In this document: positions 22,764 through 34,194 of the stretch, one piece after another | How positions within the stretch are numbered: position 1 is the first letter of the stretch | Layout of the letters: each line of letters opens with the position of its first letter | Assembly (NCBI GenBank): GCA_043228905.1 | Contig: JBHGNT010000017.1 | Location: forward strand, 2,418,001-2,482,000 | DNA: 64,000 nt | Source: Azolla caroliniana | Lineage: Eukaryota; Plantae; Polypodiophyta | Direction of reading: 5' to 3' | Made by a program: the position numbers and the translations under genes | Notes under the pieces: generated by a model | What the model was told of the DNA's origin: nothing | The model's input: the letters and a program-made list of their open reading frames with translations, nothing else | The model's database searches: none

Positions 22764-25475
22764 ATGCTGAACCTCCCATCCACTCTCCCTCTCCTCTCAA
22801 TCCTTTTTCTCATCATAAATTCGGCAATGACGACCGAGGCTGTGGCGCCTGGTTCTTCTCCTACTTCCTCCTCCTCCTCTGATAATGACGACGACTTGGC
22901 GGTAGTGCAAGCCCAAGCCCAAGCTCTCATAGCATTCAAGGATGCCATCACCCATGACCCCTCTTCTTGCCTCTCGTCCTGGACCACCTCCTCCACCTTC
23001 TCCAACTCTACTAGTCATATTGTCCACACCACAACACCGGCCTCCTACTGCCCCTCCAACAGCTCTGCCGGCTGGTACGGCCTGCACTGTGATGACCGCT
23101 TCCACATCATCTCCATCAACCTCTCCTCTTGCAGCCTCTCTGGCTCGCCTCCCTTCCCTTCTCCCCTTCTGTGGCTCTCTGGTTCCATCTCCCCTTCTCT
23201 GGCTCTCCTCCCTTCCCTTTCTCTTCTCAATCTTTCCTACAACAACTTTTCAGGCCCCATCCCTTCTAGCCTCGGGAACCTCACCCAGCTACAGACCTTG
23301 GATCTCGAGTACAACAACCTGGAAGGTCCCATCCCTTCTAGCCTCGGGAAACTTACCCAGCTACGAATCTTGGTTCTCGACAACAACAGACTGGAAGGCA
23401 CCATCCCTTCTAGCCTCGGGAACCTCACCCAACTACGGATCTTGGATCTCAACGGCAACAACCTGGAAGGTCCCATCCCTTCTAGCCTCGGGAACCTCAT
23501 CCAACTACAGACCTTGGTCCTCGAGTACAACAAATTCTCAGGCCTCATCCCTTCTAGCCTCGGGAACCTCACCCAGCTACGAATCTTGGTTCTCGACAGC
23601 AACGACCTGGAAGGCACCATCCCTTCTAGCCTCGGGAACCTCATCCAGCTACAGACCTTAGATCTCGACAGCAACGACCTGGAAGGCCCCATCCCTTCTC
23701 GCCTTGGGAACCTCATCCAGCTACAGACTTTAGATCTCGACAACAACCACCTGGAAGGCCCCATACCTTTTATCCTTGGGAACTTCACCCGGCTACAAAC
23801 CTTGTACCTCGAGAGCAACAACTTTTCAGGCCCCATCCCTTCTAGCCTCGGGAAACTCATCCAGCTACAGATCTTGGATCTCTCCTTCAACAACCTGGAA
23901 GGCCCCATCCCTTCTAGCCTCGGGAACCTTACCCAACTATGGAGCTTGGGTCTCGAGAGCAACAACCTGGAAGGTCCCATTCCTTCTAGCCTTGGGAACC
24001 TCATCCAGCTACAGACCTTGGATCTCGACCAGAACAACCTGGAAGGCCCCATTCCTTCTAGTCTCGGGAACCTCATCCAACTACAGACCTTGGATTTCAA
24101 TAGCAACAACCTCGAGAGCCCCATCCCGTCTAGCCTCGGGAACCTCACCCACCTACGGATCTTGCGTCTCCACAGCAACAACTTGGAAGGGCCCATTCCT
24201 TCCAGTCTCGGGAACCTCACCCAGCTACGGGCCTTGCGTCTCGACAGCAACAAGCTGACAGGGACGATACCAGCTGCACTCGGAAGCTGCTCACAACTCA
24301 CCGACCTTCGACTAGGGTTCAACACTCTCAAGGGTTCCATCCCCAGTGAGTTGGGAATGCTCATAAACCTCGAGGAACTCTCACTAGTTAGAAACAACCT
24401 AGAAGGGATTGTCCCTGTTGACGCTTTACATAATCTGACGGTTCTTCAGGTCTTGCGTCTCTTTCGAAACAATTTGACTGGGAAGATAGAGAACTTGGAC
24501 CTGTCCAAGTTGCCGGATCTCTCGAGTTTTAGTGCCTATGAAAATGCTTTAGAAGGGGAGCTACCTGCTGGTCTAACAGAGAGTAAGGAACTGGTCGTCT
24601 TTGATGTGCAGGGGAACAAATATCTCACCGGATCCTTAGGCAATACTGCTACTCCTGACATCACTGGTTTATTCAACCTGAGGGTGCTCTCGGTGAGCTA
24701 CAACCAACTAAGCGGAGACATCCCTAGTTGGGTTTGGAAGCTTCCCAGTCTGCAGGCACTAGACCTCTCCAACAATCGTTTTAGTGGCCGCTTCCCTGCG
24801 ACTCTCACGCACCTCTCCTACTTCAAGCTCAATCAAACAGCAGGCAGTAACCAGTCAACCCTCTACGAGGAGGTGCCTGTCACGTTGAAGAATACTGTCC
24901 AAATTCTTGACTATTTTTTGAGTGCGCGGATCTACTTTGATGTGTCCATGAACGATCTGGAAGGCGAAATTCCGGAGAGCTTCGGGGAGCTGCAGGGTTT
25001 GACAGGAGCCAACCTGTCCCACAACCGAATCAGCGGCCCCATAGGTGAGGGTACATTCGGTAGGCTGATGCATTTGGAGGTGTTGGACCTGTCCTACAAC
25101 CAGCTCAGCGGTGGCATCCCACAAGATTTCACGTCTCTGGACAGCCTCTCTACTCTAAACCTCGCCCACAACCAATTGGAAGGACCCATTCCCACACAGA
25201 ACAACTTTAATACCAGGTTCACGAATGTGAGCTACGAGAACAACCTGGGCCTGTGTGGCTACCCTCTTTCCTCCTCCTGCAACACAAGCATCGATGATGC
25301 AAGTAGTTATGTGGGCATCACAAGCACAAGCACAGGCAGGCCAAAGCAGCACCTATTATTGATCATGATTTGGTTCCATGAGTTCGTATCTCCATGGGCA
25401 GTTCTGGTGGGCTATCCCGGTGGGGTTGCACTTGGCATATTTCTCAGCCATCTCGTCTCCTCAAAATTGAAGTGA
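22764..25475 (+). CDS. Intronless LRR receptor-like protein (RLP, no kinase), about 903 aa
   Basis: Signal-peptide-like start MLNLPSTLPLLSILFLII; LRR N-cap (ALIAFK..LSSW..C..WYGLHC); many LxxLxLxxNxLxGxIPxxLGxLxx repeats; island segment then 4 LRRs; C-cap NLGLCGYPLSSSC; TM segment with GxxxG (VGYPGGVALG); very short tail. Confidence 0.93.
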   Translation: MLNLPSTLPLLSILFLIINSAMTTEAVAPGSSPTSSSSSDNDDDLAVVQAQAQALIAFKDAITHDPSSCLSSWTTSSTFSNSTSHIVHTTTPASYCPSNSSAGWYGLHCDDRFHIISINLSSCSLSGSPPFPSPLLWLSGSISPSLALLPSLSLLNLSYNNFSGPIPSSLGNLTQLQTLDLEYNNLEGPIPSSLGKLTQLRILVLDNNRLEGTIPSSLGNLTQLRILDLNGNNLEGPIPSSLGNLIQLQTLVLEYNKFSGLIPSSLGNLTQLRILVLDSNDLEGTIPSSLGNLIQLQTLDLDSNDLEGPIPSRLGNLIQLQTLDLDNNHLEGPIPFILGNFTRLQTLYLESNNFSGPIPSSLGKLIQLQILDLSFNNLEGPIPSSLGNLTQLWSLGLESNNLEGPIPSSLGNLIQLQTLDLDQNNLEGPIPSSLGNLIQLQTLDFNSNNLESPIPSSLGNLTHLRILRLHSNNLEGPIPSSLGNLTQLRALRLDSNKLTGTIPAALGSCSQLTDLRLGFNTLKGSIPSELGMLINLEELSLVRNNLEGIVPVDALHNLTVLQVLRLFRNNLTGKIENLDLSKLPDLSSFSAYENALEGELPAGLTESKELVVFDVQGNKYLTGSLGNTATPDITGLFNLRVLSVSYNQLSGDIPSWVWKLPSLQALDLSNNRFSGRFPATLTHLSYFKLNQTAGSNQSTLYEEVPVTLKNTVQILDYFLSARIYFDVSMNDLEGEIPESFGELQGLTGANLSHNRISGPIGEGTFGRLMHLEVLDLSYNQLSGGIPQDFTSLDSLSTLNLAHNQLEGPIPTQNNFNTRFTNVSYENNLGLCGYPLSSSCNTSIDDASSYVGITSTSTGRPKQHLLLIMIWFHEFVSPWAVLVGYPGGVALGIFLSHLVSSKLK
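23215..24260 (+). repeat. 72-bp coding tandem array, about 14 highly similar LRR units
   Basis: CCCATCCCTTCTAGCCTCGGGAACCTCA recurs every 72 bp. Confidence 0.92.
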
Positions 25476-26127
25476 ATCAGTAGTAGTGTTGGACAAGAGA
25501 ACTGGACTGGACTGGATTGCACAGTTTTAAGGACTGCCATCATAAAAGCTATTTGATTACTCACACGAGGAGCACAATCTCCAACATGAGCATTTGAACT
25601 ATGTATAAATATGCCTTTTAAACTTCAAATTGTTTGCATTTTTACTCCATGGCCAGCCAATGATCGATGGCCTAGGGGAACAACTATCTTGATTCACATT
25701 TATCCACGTATCGACAAAACTTGGAGATTTCGCAAGTGGGTCCTTGGAATTCATATCATATCATAGCTTTTTAATAGAATGTTCCTATGTTCCTATGGTG
25801 AGTCAATCTCCTTGGATTTTCTGAGTTAATAAGTGTTGAGAATCAAGCTCAACCTAGTCTAGTGTGTGAACACACCCTTGAGAGTGTGCACTCAAAGATC
25901 AAAAGTCACCACTCTTATCTACACATTAACTATGTATCATAAAATCATATTCTATGACACATAACTAATGAGTTTTCACATTCCCCATGACCCATGAGCT
26001 TCGGTAGTTAATGAAGAGAGAGAGTGACTATATAAAGCACTGTCCTCCTACTTTGTAATTAAGTCGATTAATCTCCTTTGTAATATACATTTTCTTGAGT
26101 GTTTTATTGTCTCTCTAATCTATCTTA

Positions 26128-26171
<44 letters not shown>

Positions 26172-27000
26172 ACACACACACTCACAACACATATCTCTAG
26201 TCTATTCCGCTACACAAGAATCACCATTGATTCTTTACATGGTATCAGAGCGGTTTGGTAGCTTAATCTCGCTCATCCGTGTGTGTTGAGTTGTACATCG
26301 ACGTTCAAGAAGAACCGGCTCATCGCTATCGTAGTGCAACCACATAGCTCGTATTTAAGAGAGAAGAAGGAAGAAATCTATGTCAAACACCATGAATACT
26401 CAAATGGGGAGTGTTGTCGTGAAGATTTTCGGCAATGGTGTGAAAATCACATAAAACGTACAAAATCGAGTATGAATCACATAAAACAATAATAGTGAAG
26501 TATCTAAGTACAAAATGATGGAGGTCTTCAACAACTTTCGAATGCACTTTATTACACGAAAAACGGACAACTAGATGTAAAGATATGAGGGTATAGAGTT
26601 TGTGAAAGTAAAAGAGAAAACTGTGAGATATCCCACATAGGCACGACAAATATGGCTCTCATAATATATAAGGTAGAGTAAAAGCTATTATCTTTGTGTC
26701 TATGTGTTGAACATAGAGAGTTCAAGGTAACTTGAACTAAGAGTGGAGGTGGCCTAGCCACTCGTAAAGGTTTTGGCCAACCAAAATCAGATCAGCTCCA
26801 TAGCCGATGATCCAGCGGCAGCAGCCGGCAAAGCGACGGTGGCACACCGGCAACCGACATCCGATGGAGCCGACGAGGTGGCGGTATCGGCATCCGACGG
26901 AGCCGGCGAGCCGACGGTGGAATCGGCATCCGACGACGACGACATCCGACGGGCGTCCAAATTAATAATTAAATATATATCACATACATATACACAAGGA

Positions 27001-27068
27001 GGGCAAGTGAGGATTCGAACCTTGCACCTCCTAGTTAAGAGTCAATTGGCTTACCACTAAGCCATGAC
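27001..27068 (-). other. tRNA-Lys(CTT)-like / SINE-head-like Pol III module inside the D LTR (second copy about 44448-44515)
   Basis: Minus strand: A-box TGGCTTAGTGG, loop CTCTTAA, B-box GGTTCGAATCC at tRNA spacing; acceptor stem does not pair. Confidence 0.65.
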
Positions 27069-27569
27069 ATTTAGTTGAATTTATATTTCTATCATTGTAC
27101 TTTTACATGGAAATTCTCATACATGAGAGCTAAAATGAGTGACATGGTTATCATGCACCACATGTAATACATGAGCGCTAAATGGCAAACATGCATTTTA
27201 TGCATGTCTTTGTACCCTCACATGCATCATATGCATGAGAGTATCTATAAAAGAAGGGATGAAAAAGAAGAAGGGTTAGGCTTTTTTTTGTTATGAAATT
27301 AAGAAGAAGAGAATTCGTTATCGAATTGATCGTGTAACTTGTTTCTTAAAATCTAAAATCAAGAGTTTAATCTCGATATCTCTCTCTTGGCCATATCAAT
27401 CTTTCTCAATCTAAGTCAAGCGTTTAATCTTAATCTCTTTCTCTCTCTCGTTCTATCCTAAATACTTTCTCGCTAAGCTTGGTGCGAACTTTGATCCTTC
27501 CGATCCAAAACCTCGGCGGTTCCGCCTCACGATTTGCGCCTAGTGACGGATCTTCACAACATAATTAAG

Positions 27570-27587
27570 TGGTGAACCCGACGTGAA
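27570..27587 (+). promoter_or_regulatory. Primer-binding site for tRNA-Trp (same sequence at 3170-3187, 34975-34992 and 32289-32306 minus)
   Basis: TGGTGAACCCGACGTGAA is the reverse complement of the plant cytosolic tRNA-Trp 3' end as I recall it (...TTCACGTCGGGTTCACCA). Confidence 0.85.
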
Positions 27588-28298
27588 AGAGGCAGTAGGA
27601 AGGATCAAGTCGAGGATCAACCGATACTTGGAGATGGCATCCGCAAGCAATCAAAGCGGGAGAGCTCGAAAGGATGATGCTAATCGTCGAGCAAATGATG
27701 AGATCTCGGGACAACGACGCGAGCTTGGAGAAGGGTGTTGATCGTGTCGTAGAGCTCGAGGGCCAATTTGATGGAAGGAACGTTACGAAGTTCCTTGATA
27801 CATATAGAAGGGTGATGAATCAAAGGGACATGTCTGAAGCACGTCAAATCGCAAGCTTCAAGAGAGTTGTCGCCAACAACGTCCAAAGACGCATCATCGA
27901 ACTTCAAGAAGGTAAGACAACATGGTCCGAGTTCGAGAAAACGATACTAGCAAAGTTCGCGACTGAAGACTCAACGAGGATGACTCGACATGCCCTGATG
28001 AAGTGGATAGAGAAGAAGAATAAGAAGATGAGCGCCTCGAGGGTGTACGACAAATTCAACCAGATGTTTAGTCGTCTCCCCAACACGGACCAACTGTTGC
28101 TTGAAGAGGACAAGACTTTGTACATCTCGAAAGCTGTGGACATGAAGGATAGACAAGAATTGGGGACTCTTCTCGAAGACGATACCCAAGCAAATGGGCT
28201 TGTAGCGGATTGGATCGCGGTGAAGCGGGCGTGCAATAGGCTCGATAAACGTCGCCAATGGGTTGACGACACCGACTTGACGGGATCGACTTTCACGG

Positions 28299-31200
28299 TG
28301 TCGCGTTGTTACGCGCGTACGTGGAGAAAGGCAGGACCACGGGGGTCTTGGACTAGGGAGTGATGGAGCGTAGGAAGTCGTGCTTCACCGTCTCCGGGGC
28401 ATCCCAGAAGCACACCGGAAGCAACCGAAGAGAGAGAGAGAGAGAGAGAGAGCGCTTAACACCGACTCACGCACACACACACGCAGGCCAACCCGACTCA
28501 CACCCTTAAGTACAGGAAATGCAGGAAAGGGGAAACACCCGACACCAACGAAGACGCGAATGTACACAGACAGACGCAAACGTATATATATATATATATA
28601 TAAGAAGAATACATTCCCGGCGTCGAGCCGGACCAAGGTAGGTTACAGTAGTCGTCAGCTGCCACGCCGACGTCGGGGAGCTCACGGGCTCGTCGTGCCG
28701 AGAGGGGTCTTGCGCAGGAGATGAGCTGAAGCAAACCCTAAGCGAACACGAAGGGGGAGAAGAAGAAGAAGAAGAAGAAACCCTAAATCTAAACCTAACG
28801 GTGAACCCTCTAATGCAAAATGGGCAACCCCTTCACAAAGGGCGTTCCCCTCCTTTTATAGAACAAGGACAGGGATGCGTTACAATGTGGGATAAACCCC
28901 GACTTACATGGGACCGTCTGTCCCGACTTGACTACTCTTCGGCGCCATAAAGGCGCCCTCGTTATTCACACTAAATGTACATGGGTGCGTACACACGCTG
29001 CACCCCGCCGATGTACCCAATGTTTCCCGGTTTTCGCCTCTGGCCGAAATTCTTCACGACATCCGCCCCCACCTAACCGCACATCCACCGGTATGTGCCA
29101 AGTCCGGTTGAAGGGTGAGAGATTTCGGCCGGTGAGAAACCGGTCTTCCGTGATCCGCATCCCGGCTCGTTGCCGGTTTGATCCGTCGGCTTCGATTCTT
29201 CCTTCGCGCTTACCTCCCCGTAGGCTCGTTCGACCCGTCGATGGGTCCTCTGCCGCGATCTCCGTAGTACGCGTACTTCGGTTGGCCCTTGTTCGGCCGT
29301 ATGAACGCCCCGCTTCCCGCCGTATGCCCGATGTCCTCCGCCGCCACCTTCCTTCTCCATGGTCTTACATCGTCGCGTAAGCTCGAACTGCCATGGTCTC
29401 TGGAACGGTGTGGGGATCCCTTTCCGGTCTTCGTGCTGTTGCAACAAGTCCTGAGTCTTTCGCTTGTCGTCGTCCCCTCGCCCCCACCAGCTTGTCACCC
29501 CGGGCTTGCCGTGTCAGTCTTCACTACTTCGACGGAGCTACTGAGATCTACGAAGCGAGTGTGGAGGATCCTCCTCCGGCCTCTCTTGCCATCCCCTTAC
29601 TCCAGCCCTGTGCAGTCCACTAGACACTTGTCACCTCGTCCTTGGCACCTCTCTTGTGCCATCTTCCGCTTCCTTTGTTCGGCCCCGCCCGCGCCGAACA
29701 CCGTTCCGTAGTCATGCTTCGATCCGGCCCGCGATGGCCACTTGCGAGACTCTTGTTCTTTCCAAGGTGTGCCTTTCCGGCCTGACACACCTCCTCGTGT
29801 TCGCCCCTACCGGCTCCTTCCGAAACCGTGACCGGCCGGTGAGGGTTTCGCACTTCGTCCGCCCGTCTTACCGGCTCCCTATCTGCTACCTTGTGTTGTC
29901 GGGTCCCGTTCCCTGTCGCCACCGTCCTTCTCCCTCGGTCTTACGTTGCCACGTTGGCCGAACTGCCGGGGTCTTCGGATCGGTGTGAGGGTCCCATAGG
30001 ACCGGACTCCGTTTCTATGCTGGCCGAAATTCGGGCGTCTTTTGTTTGAGTCCCTCCCGGACTCTCCTCGTGTCTTCCGCGTAGGCGGGTCCCGTTTCCC
30101 ACCGCCACCAACCTTCTCTCTCGGTCTCATGTTGCCACGTTGGCCGAACTGTCAGAGTCTCTAGTTAATTGTGGGGATCCCGTAAGACTGGACTTCCTTA
30201 CACCCTTGCCTTCGTCACCTCGCCACCACCGTCAGTATCTTGGTCTTACGTCGACCGCGTTACCGACTGCCGAAGTCTCTAGAACCGGTGTGAAGGATCC
30301 TCCGTAGACCGCCCATCCGTAGCCCTTGCCTTCGTCACCTCGCCGCCAGCGTCAGTATCTTGGTCTTACGTCGACCGCGTTGCCGACTGCCAAAGTCTCT
30401 AGAACCGGTGTGAAGGATCCTCCATAGACGTCCGATTTGTCTTCCCGACCCTGTCCCGGGTCGTCCTTTTCCGCATGCCGAGAGGGCGGTTTACTCCGCA
30501 CCCTCTCCCGTGGTACCGACGTACCATGTCCTCGGCCTCTTCGTAGGCCTACTCTCTTCCTCCCTCCCGGAATGGTCATCCGGGAGTCCGCTCCGCCCGG
30601 TTCTCGTCTGGGTCCGTTCGTCCTTCTCCGGATTGCCGAGTCCCGTTCTCCTGTCGCCACCGATCTCTCTTATAGGACTCACGTCGGCACTCGGGCCTGC
30701 AGCCGGATCGGTGTAAGGAATCCCATAGGACCTGCTTTCATTCTCCTTCCAACCCTCGACCTTCGCCCGGTCGGTCTTTCTCCCCATGTAAAAGAGGGCG
30801 GCTCGTCCCGCACCCCCTTTCGTATCGGCACTTTCATGCCGAATCCGGCCCCGATCGAACGATCCACGACCGGATTCTGCTCCATACGAATCGGAATGCC
30901 GATCTTCTCGTGCCACATCCATCGTCGGCCTCCTCACAAGCCGTTTCCCATCTGTCTTCGCTGGCATCGTGCCAGGACTCCTTGGTACCACCATCCATCT
31001 CCTCGGACTTACATGGGCATACGGGCCCGAATGCCGAGTTCTCCGGAATTGGGTCCGTGGGCTTTCGTCCGCTCCTTCCCCGTATTGTCTCGCCGGTGAT
31101 TCTTGGCCTTTCGCCGCCGCCTTCCTCCGCTTGGGACTCACGTGGGCACTCGGGCCCGACTGCCATCGTCTCGGGAGCAAGTGTGGGAAGACACAAAGAA

Positions 31201-32437
31201 TCGCCCGTCCGTTTTACGCCCTTGTCCGTAGCCACCGACTCTTCGTGGTCGGCGGTCGTCTTCTTACCGATCGCGCAAGCCCCGTCTGGGCTTGCTTCTC
31301 TAATGACCGGGACCTCGGGCTGACACGCCCGAAACCGCTGGTCCCAACGTTCCGGTTCCGTGATCTGTATCTCGGCCTCGTCCTTGGCCGTTCTATCTCC
31401 GCAAGTCGAGAGGGCGTTTTGTTATGCACCCTCTCCCGTGGTACCGTGGTACCGATCTTCCGCCGTCGCGTGGGGCAAATCCGTCTCCTCAGTCTCGGCT
31501 TGCGGCCTCCGTCTTTCCTCTTCCTCGAGCATCGCCTCGAGAGCTGTGTACGCCTCCGCAATCCTGGCCCCAACGCCGACCCTTGCCGACTCTCTTCGTC
31601 GTTCGGCCTCTTCCCGTTGTGATGGCACGCCATCGCGTACCTTCCTCTTAGCCTTCTCGGCTCGCTCGTTGTCTAGCCATTGGCACACCCTTCGGACCTT
31701 CGACCAGTCCTCTATAAGCCCATTCGCTCCATCATCATTTTCGAGCTCAATCCCGAGGGCCTCCCGTTCCGCTCGGTCGATCGACCTGACGAACAATAGG
31801 ACCTTGTCCGCCCCCACCAAACCTTGTTCCCACTCTGGGAGTTGAGCAAGCCGTCGCTCGAACTCTCGGAACGCCTTCGTCGCGCCCCGGTGGGTCTTTG
31901 CCGATGCTACCCACTGGTCGAAGTCGTGTCGTCCCTGGCTCTTCCGCCGTCCTCCGTATGCCTTCAGGAGCGCCTCTTCGAAGGCCTCCCACGAACTATG
32001 AGCCTCATGGAGCTCCTTTACTTCCGCATGCATCCGGACAGCTACAACCCGACAGAAGAACTCCAGCCTCAACGCCTCGTCTACGCCACGCTCCTCCATT
32101 CCCGCGTTGTAGGCTTCCAAGTAAGATGGGACTTTGTCCCCGTTGAAACGGCCGACTCTTTCGACCACTCGCTCAACCGCTTGTTGCACTGCTTCTCGCC
32201 TCATCACCACTCGTGCCGACTCCAACACCACTTCGGCCACCATCTCCGCAAGGTCGTCGTCTTCCGACTCCATCCTCCCTTGCCGCCTTTCACGTCGGGT
32301 TCACCAAATATGTCACGTTGTTACGCACGTGCGTGGAGAAAGGCGGGACCACGGGGGTCTTGGACTAGGGAGTGATGGAGCGTAGGAAATCGTGCTTCAT
32401 CGTCTCCGGGGCATCCCAGAAGCACACCGGAAGCAAC

Positions 32438-32481
<44 letters not shown>

Positions 32482-33089
32482 ACTTAACACTGACTCACGC
32501 ACACACACACGCAGGCCAACCCGACTCACACCCTTAAGTACAGGAAATGCAAGAAAGGGGAAGCACCCGACACCAACGAAGACGCGAATATACACAGATA
32601 GACGCAAACGTATATATATATATATATAAAAGAAGAATACATTCCCGGCGTCGAGTTGGACCAAGGTAGGTTACAGTAGTCGTTAGCTGCCAAGCCGCCG
32701 TCGGGGAGCTCACGGGCTCGTCGCGCCGAGTGGGGTCTTGTGCAGGAGAAGAGCTGAAGCAAACACTAAGCGAACACGAAGGGGGAGAAGAAGAAGAAGA
32801 AGAAGAAACCCTAAATCTAAACCTAACGGTATACCCTCTAATGCAAAATGGGCAACCCCTTCACAAAGGGCGTTCCCCTCCTTTTATAGAACAAGGACAG
32901 GGATGCGTTACAATGTGGGATAAACCCCGACTTACATGGGACCGTCTGTACCGACTTGACTACTCTTCGGCGCCATACAGGCGCCCTTGTTATTCACACT
33001 AAATGTACATGGGTGCGTACACACGCTGCACCCCGCCGATGTAGCCAATGTTTCCCAGTTTCCGCCTCTAGCCGAAATTCTTCACGACA
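28299..33089 (-). mobile_element. Element B2: non-autonomous gag-only LTR element (LTRs 28299-29061 and 32311-33089)
   Basis: Same family as B1, inverted; TSD ACGG on both sides; Trp PBS; PPT 29062-29074. Confidence 0.92.
31422..32273 (-). CDS. Gag-like ORF of B2 (283 aa to first stop)
   Basis: MESEDDDL...VERVGRFNGDKVPSYLEAYN aligns with D gag VVELEGQFDGRNVTKFLDTYR; LENDDGANGLIEDW aligns with LEDDTQANGLVADW. Confidence 0.75.
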   Translation of the reverse strand: MESEDDDLAEMVAEVVLESARVVMRREAVQQAVERVVERVGRFNGDKVPSYLEAYNAGMEERGVDEALRLEFFCRVVAVRMHAEVKELHEAHSSWEAFEEALLKAYGGRRKSQGRHDFDQWVASAKTHRGATKAFREFERRLAQLPEWEQGLVGADKVLLFVRSIDRAEREALGIELENDDGANGLIEDWSKVRRVCQWLDNERAEKAKRKVRDGVPSQREEAERRRESARVGVGARIAEAYTALEAMLEEEERRRPQAETEETDLPHATAEDRYHGTTGEGA

Positions 33090-34194
33090 ACGGAGAAAGC
33101 AAGACCACCGAAAGTAGCTGAGCCGCCAAAACAAAGTGACGTGGAAGAAAAGAAGGTTGGTGATGATGTCATCGAAGAACTGGCGAAGAAGTTCGAGAAG
33201 GTCACGCTAGCCAACATGAATCGTCGGGGGCCCAAAGGAAAAGAACCCTTTAGATGCGTGTGGTGCGACAACATGGATCATATGAGAAGGGATTGCGCAA
33301 GCCTTCGAGAGGCGATCCGACAAAATATCGTGTACATAGATGACAACATGATCTGCTCGAGTGAGATTAGAAGACCCCTACGGGTGAATTTCGAAAGAGG
33401 AGGAATGAAGAAAGATATGGAGGATGCCGATGCGACTCATGTGGATGCGATGCACTATGCTGCGTCGGCCGGAATAAGAGTCGAGAAAGATAGAAATGAA
33501 GCTGCAAAAGTGGGAGCCAAGTTTTGGTCTTCTGTTCTCGAGTATAAGAAGATGGGGAAGGTCACATCGAACGAGGTAGAGCTTGAGGACCGAAGCGTGC
33601 AAAGCATAACCGGGTGGTCGGATCCGGTAGACGACAACACCATACTCACAGAGGTGATGTGTGACAACCATGAGGTGTTCGTCGAAGAAAAGAGAAAAAG
33701 AATACAAGAGCAAGGACCATAAAAAAGACATGAAACAAGGAACGCGAAAAAGAAGGACGAATCGGAGACAAGTCGACCTTTACAAACGGAGGAACGAGAA
33801 TGAAGCCGAACAGGGGAGCCGAGCATACGAGTTGAAGAAACGGTTCGGCCCGTGAAGGTTGGTGTCGAAGACCCCGCTCGGAGGACAAGGACTATGCCTA
33901 CCTATAAGCTAAGGTCGGACATAGAGCAGACGACGAACCTAAAGAAGATTCTTGAAGAATGAGTTCTTGATAGCCACGTGACTTTGTCCTTGAGGGAATT
34001 GCTTGGCATTACGAAGGAGGAGTTCCATGACACGATCGTGGACCTTGTAAAGAGAAAAAGACAACAATCGGACGAGGAAGAAGAGAAGCCGCAAAAAGCA
34101 AAAACGAATGCCATAATGATGGCAAGAGATGAAGTCGATGAAGATATGGTGGACAGCCACTATACTCAACCTCATTGGGCACGAGTGACAACGG

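Noticed and set aside
23237-24397. 386-aa antisense ORF and alternative-frame ORFs over the RLP
   Set aside because: Shadow frames of the 72-bp LRR array; no independent coding signal.
27001-27068. Functional tRNA-Lys gene
   Set aside because: Acceptor and anticodon stems do not pair; reported only as a tRNA-derived module.
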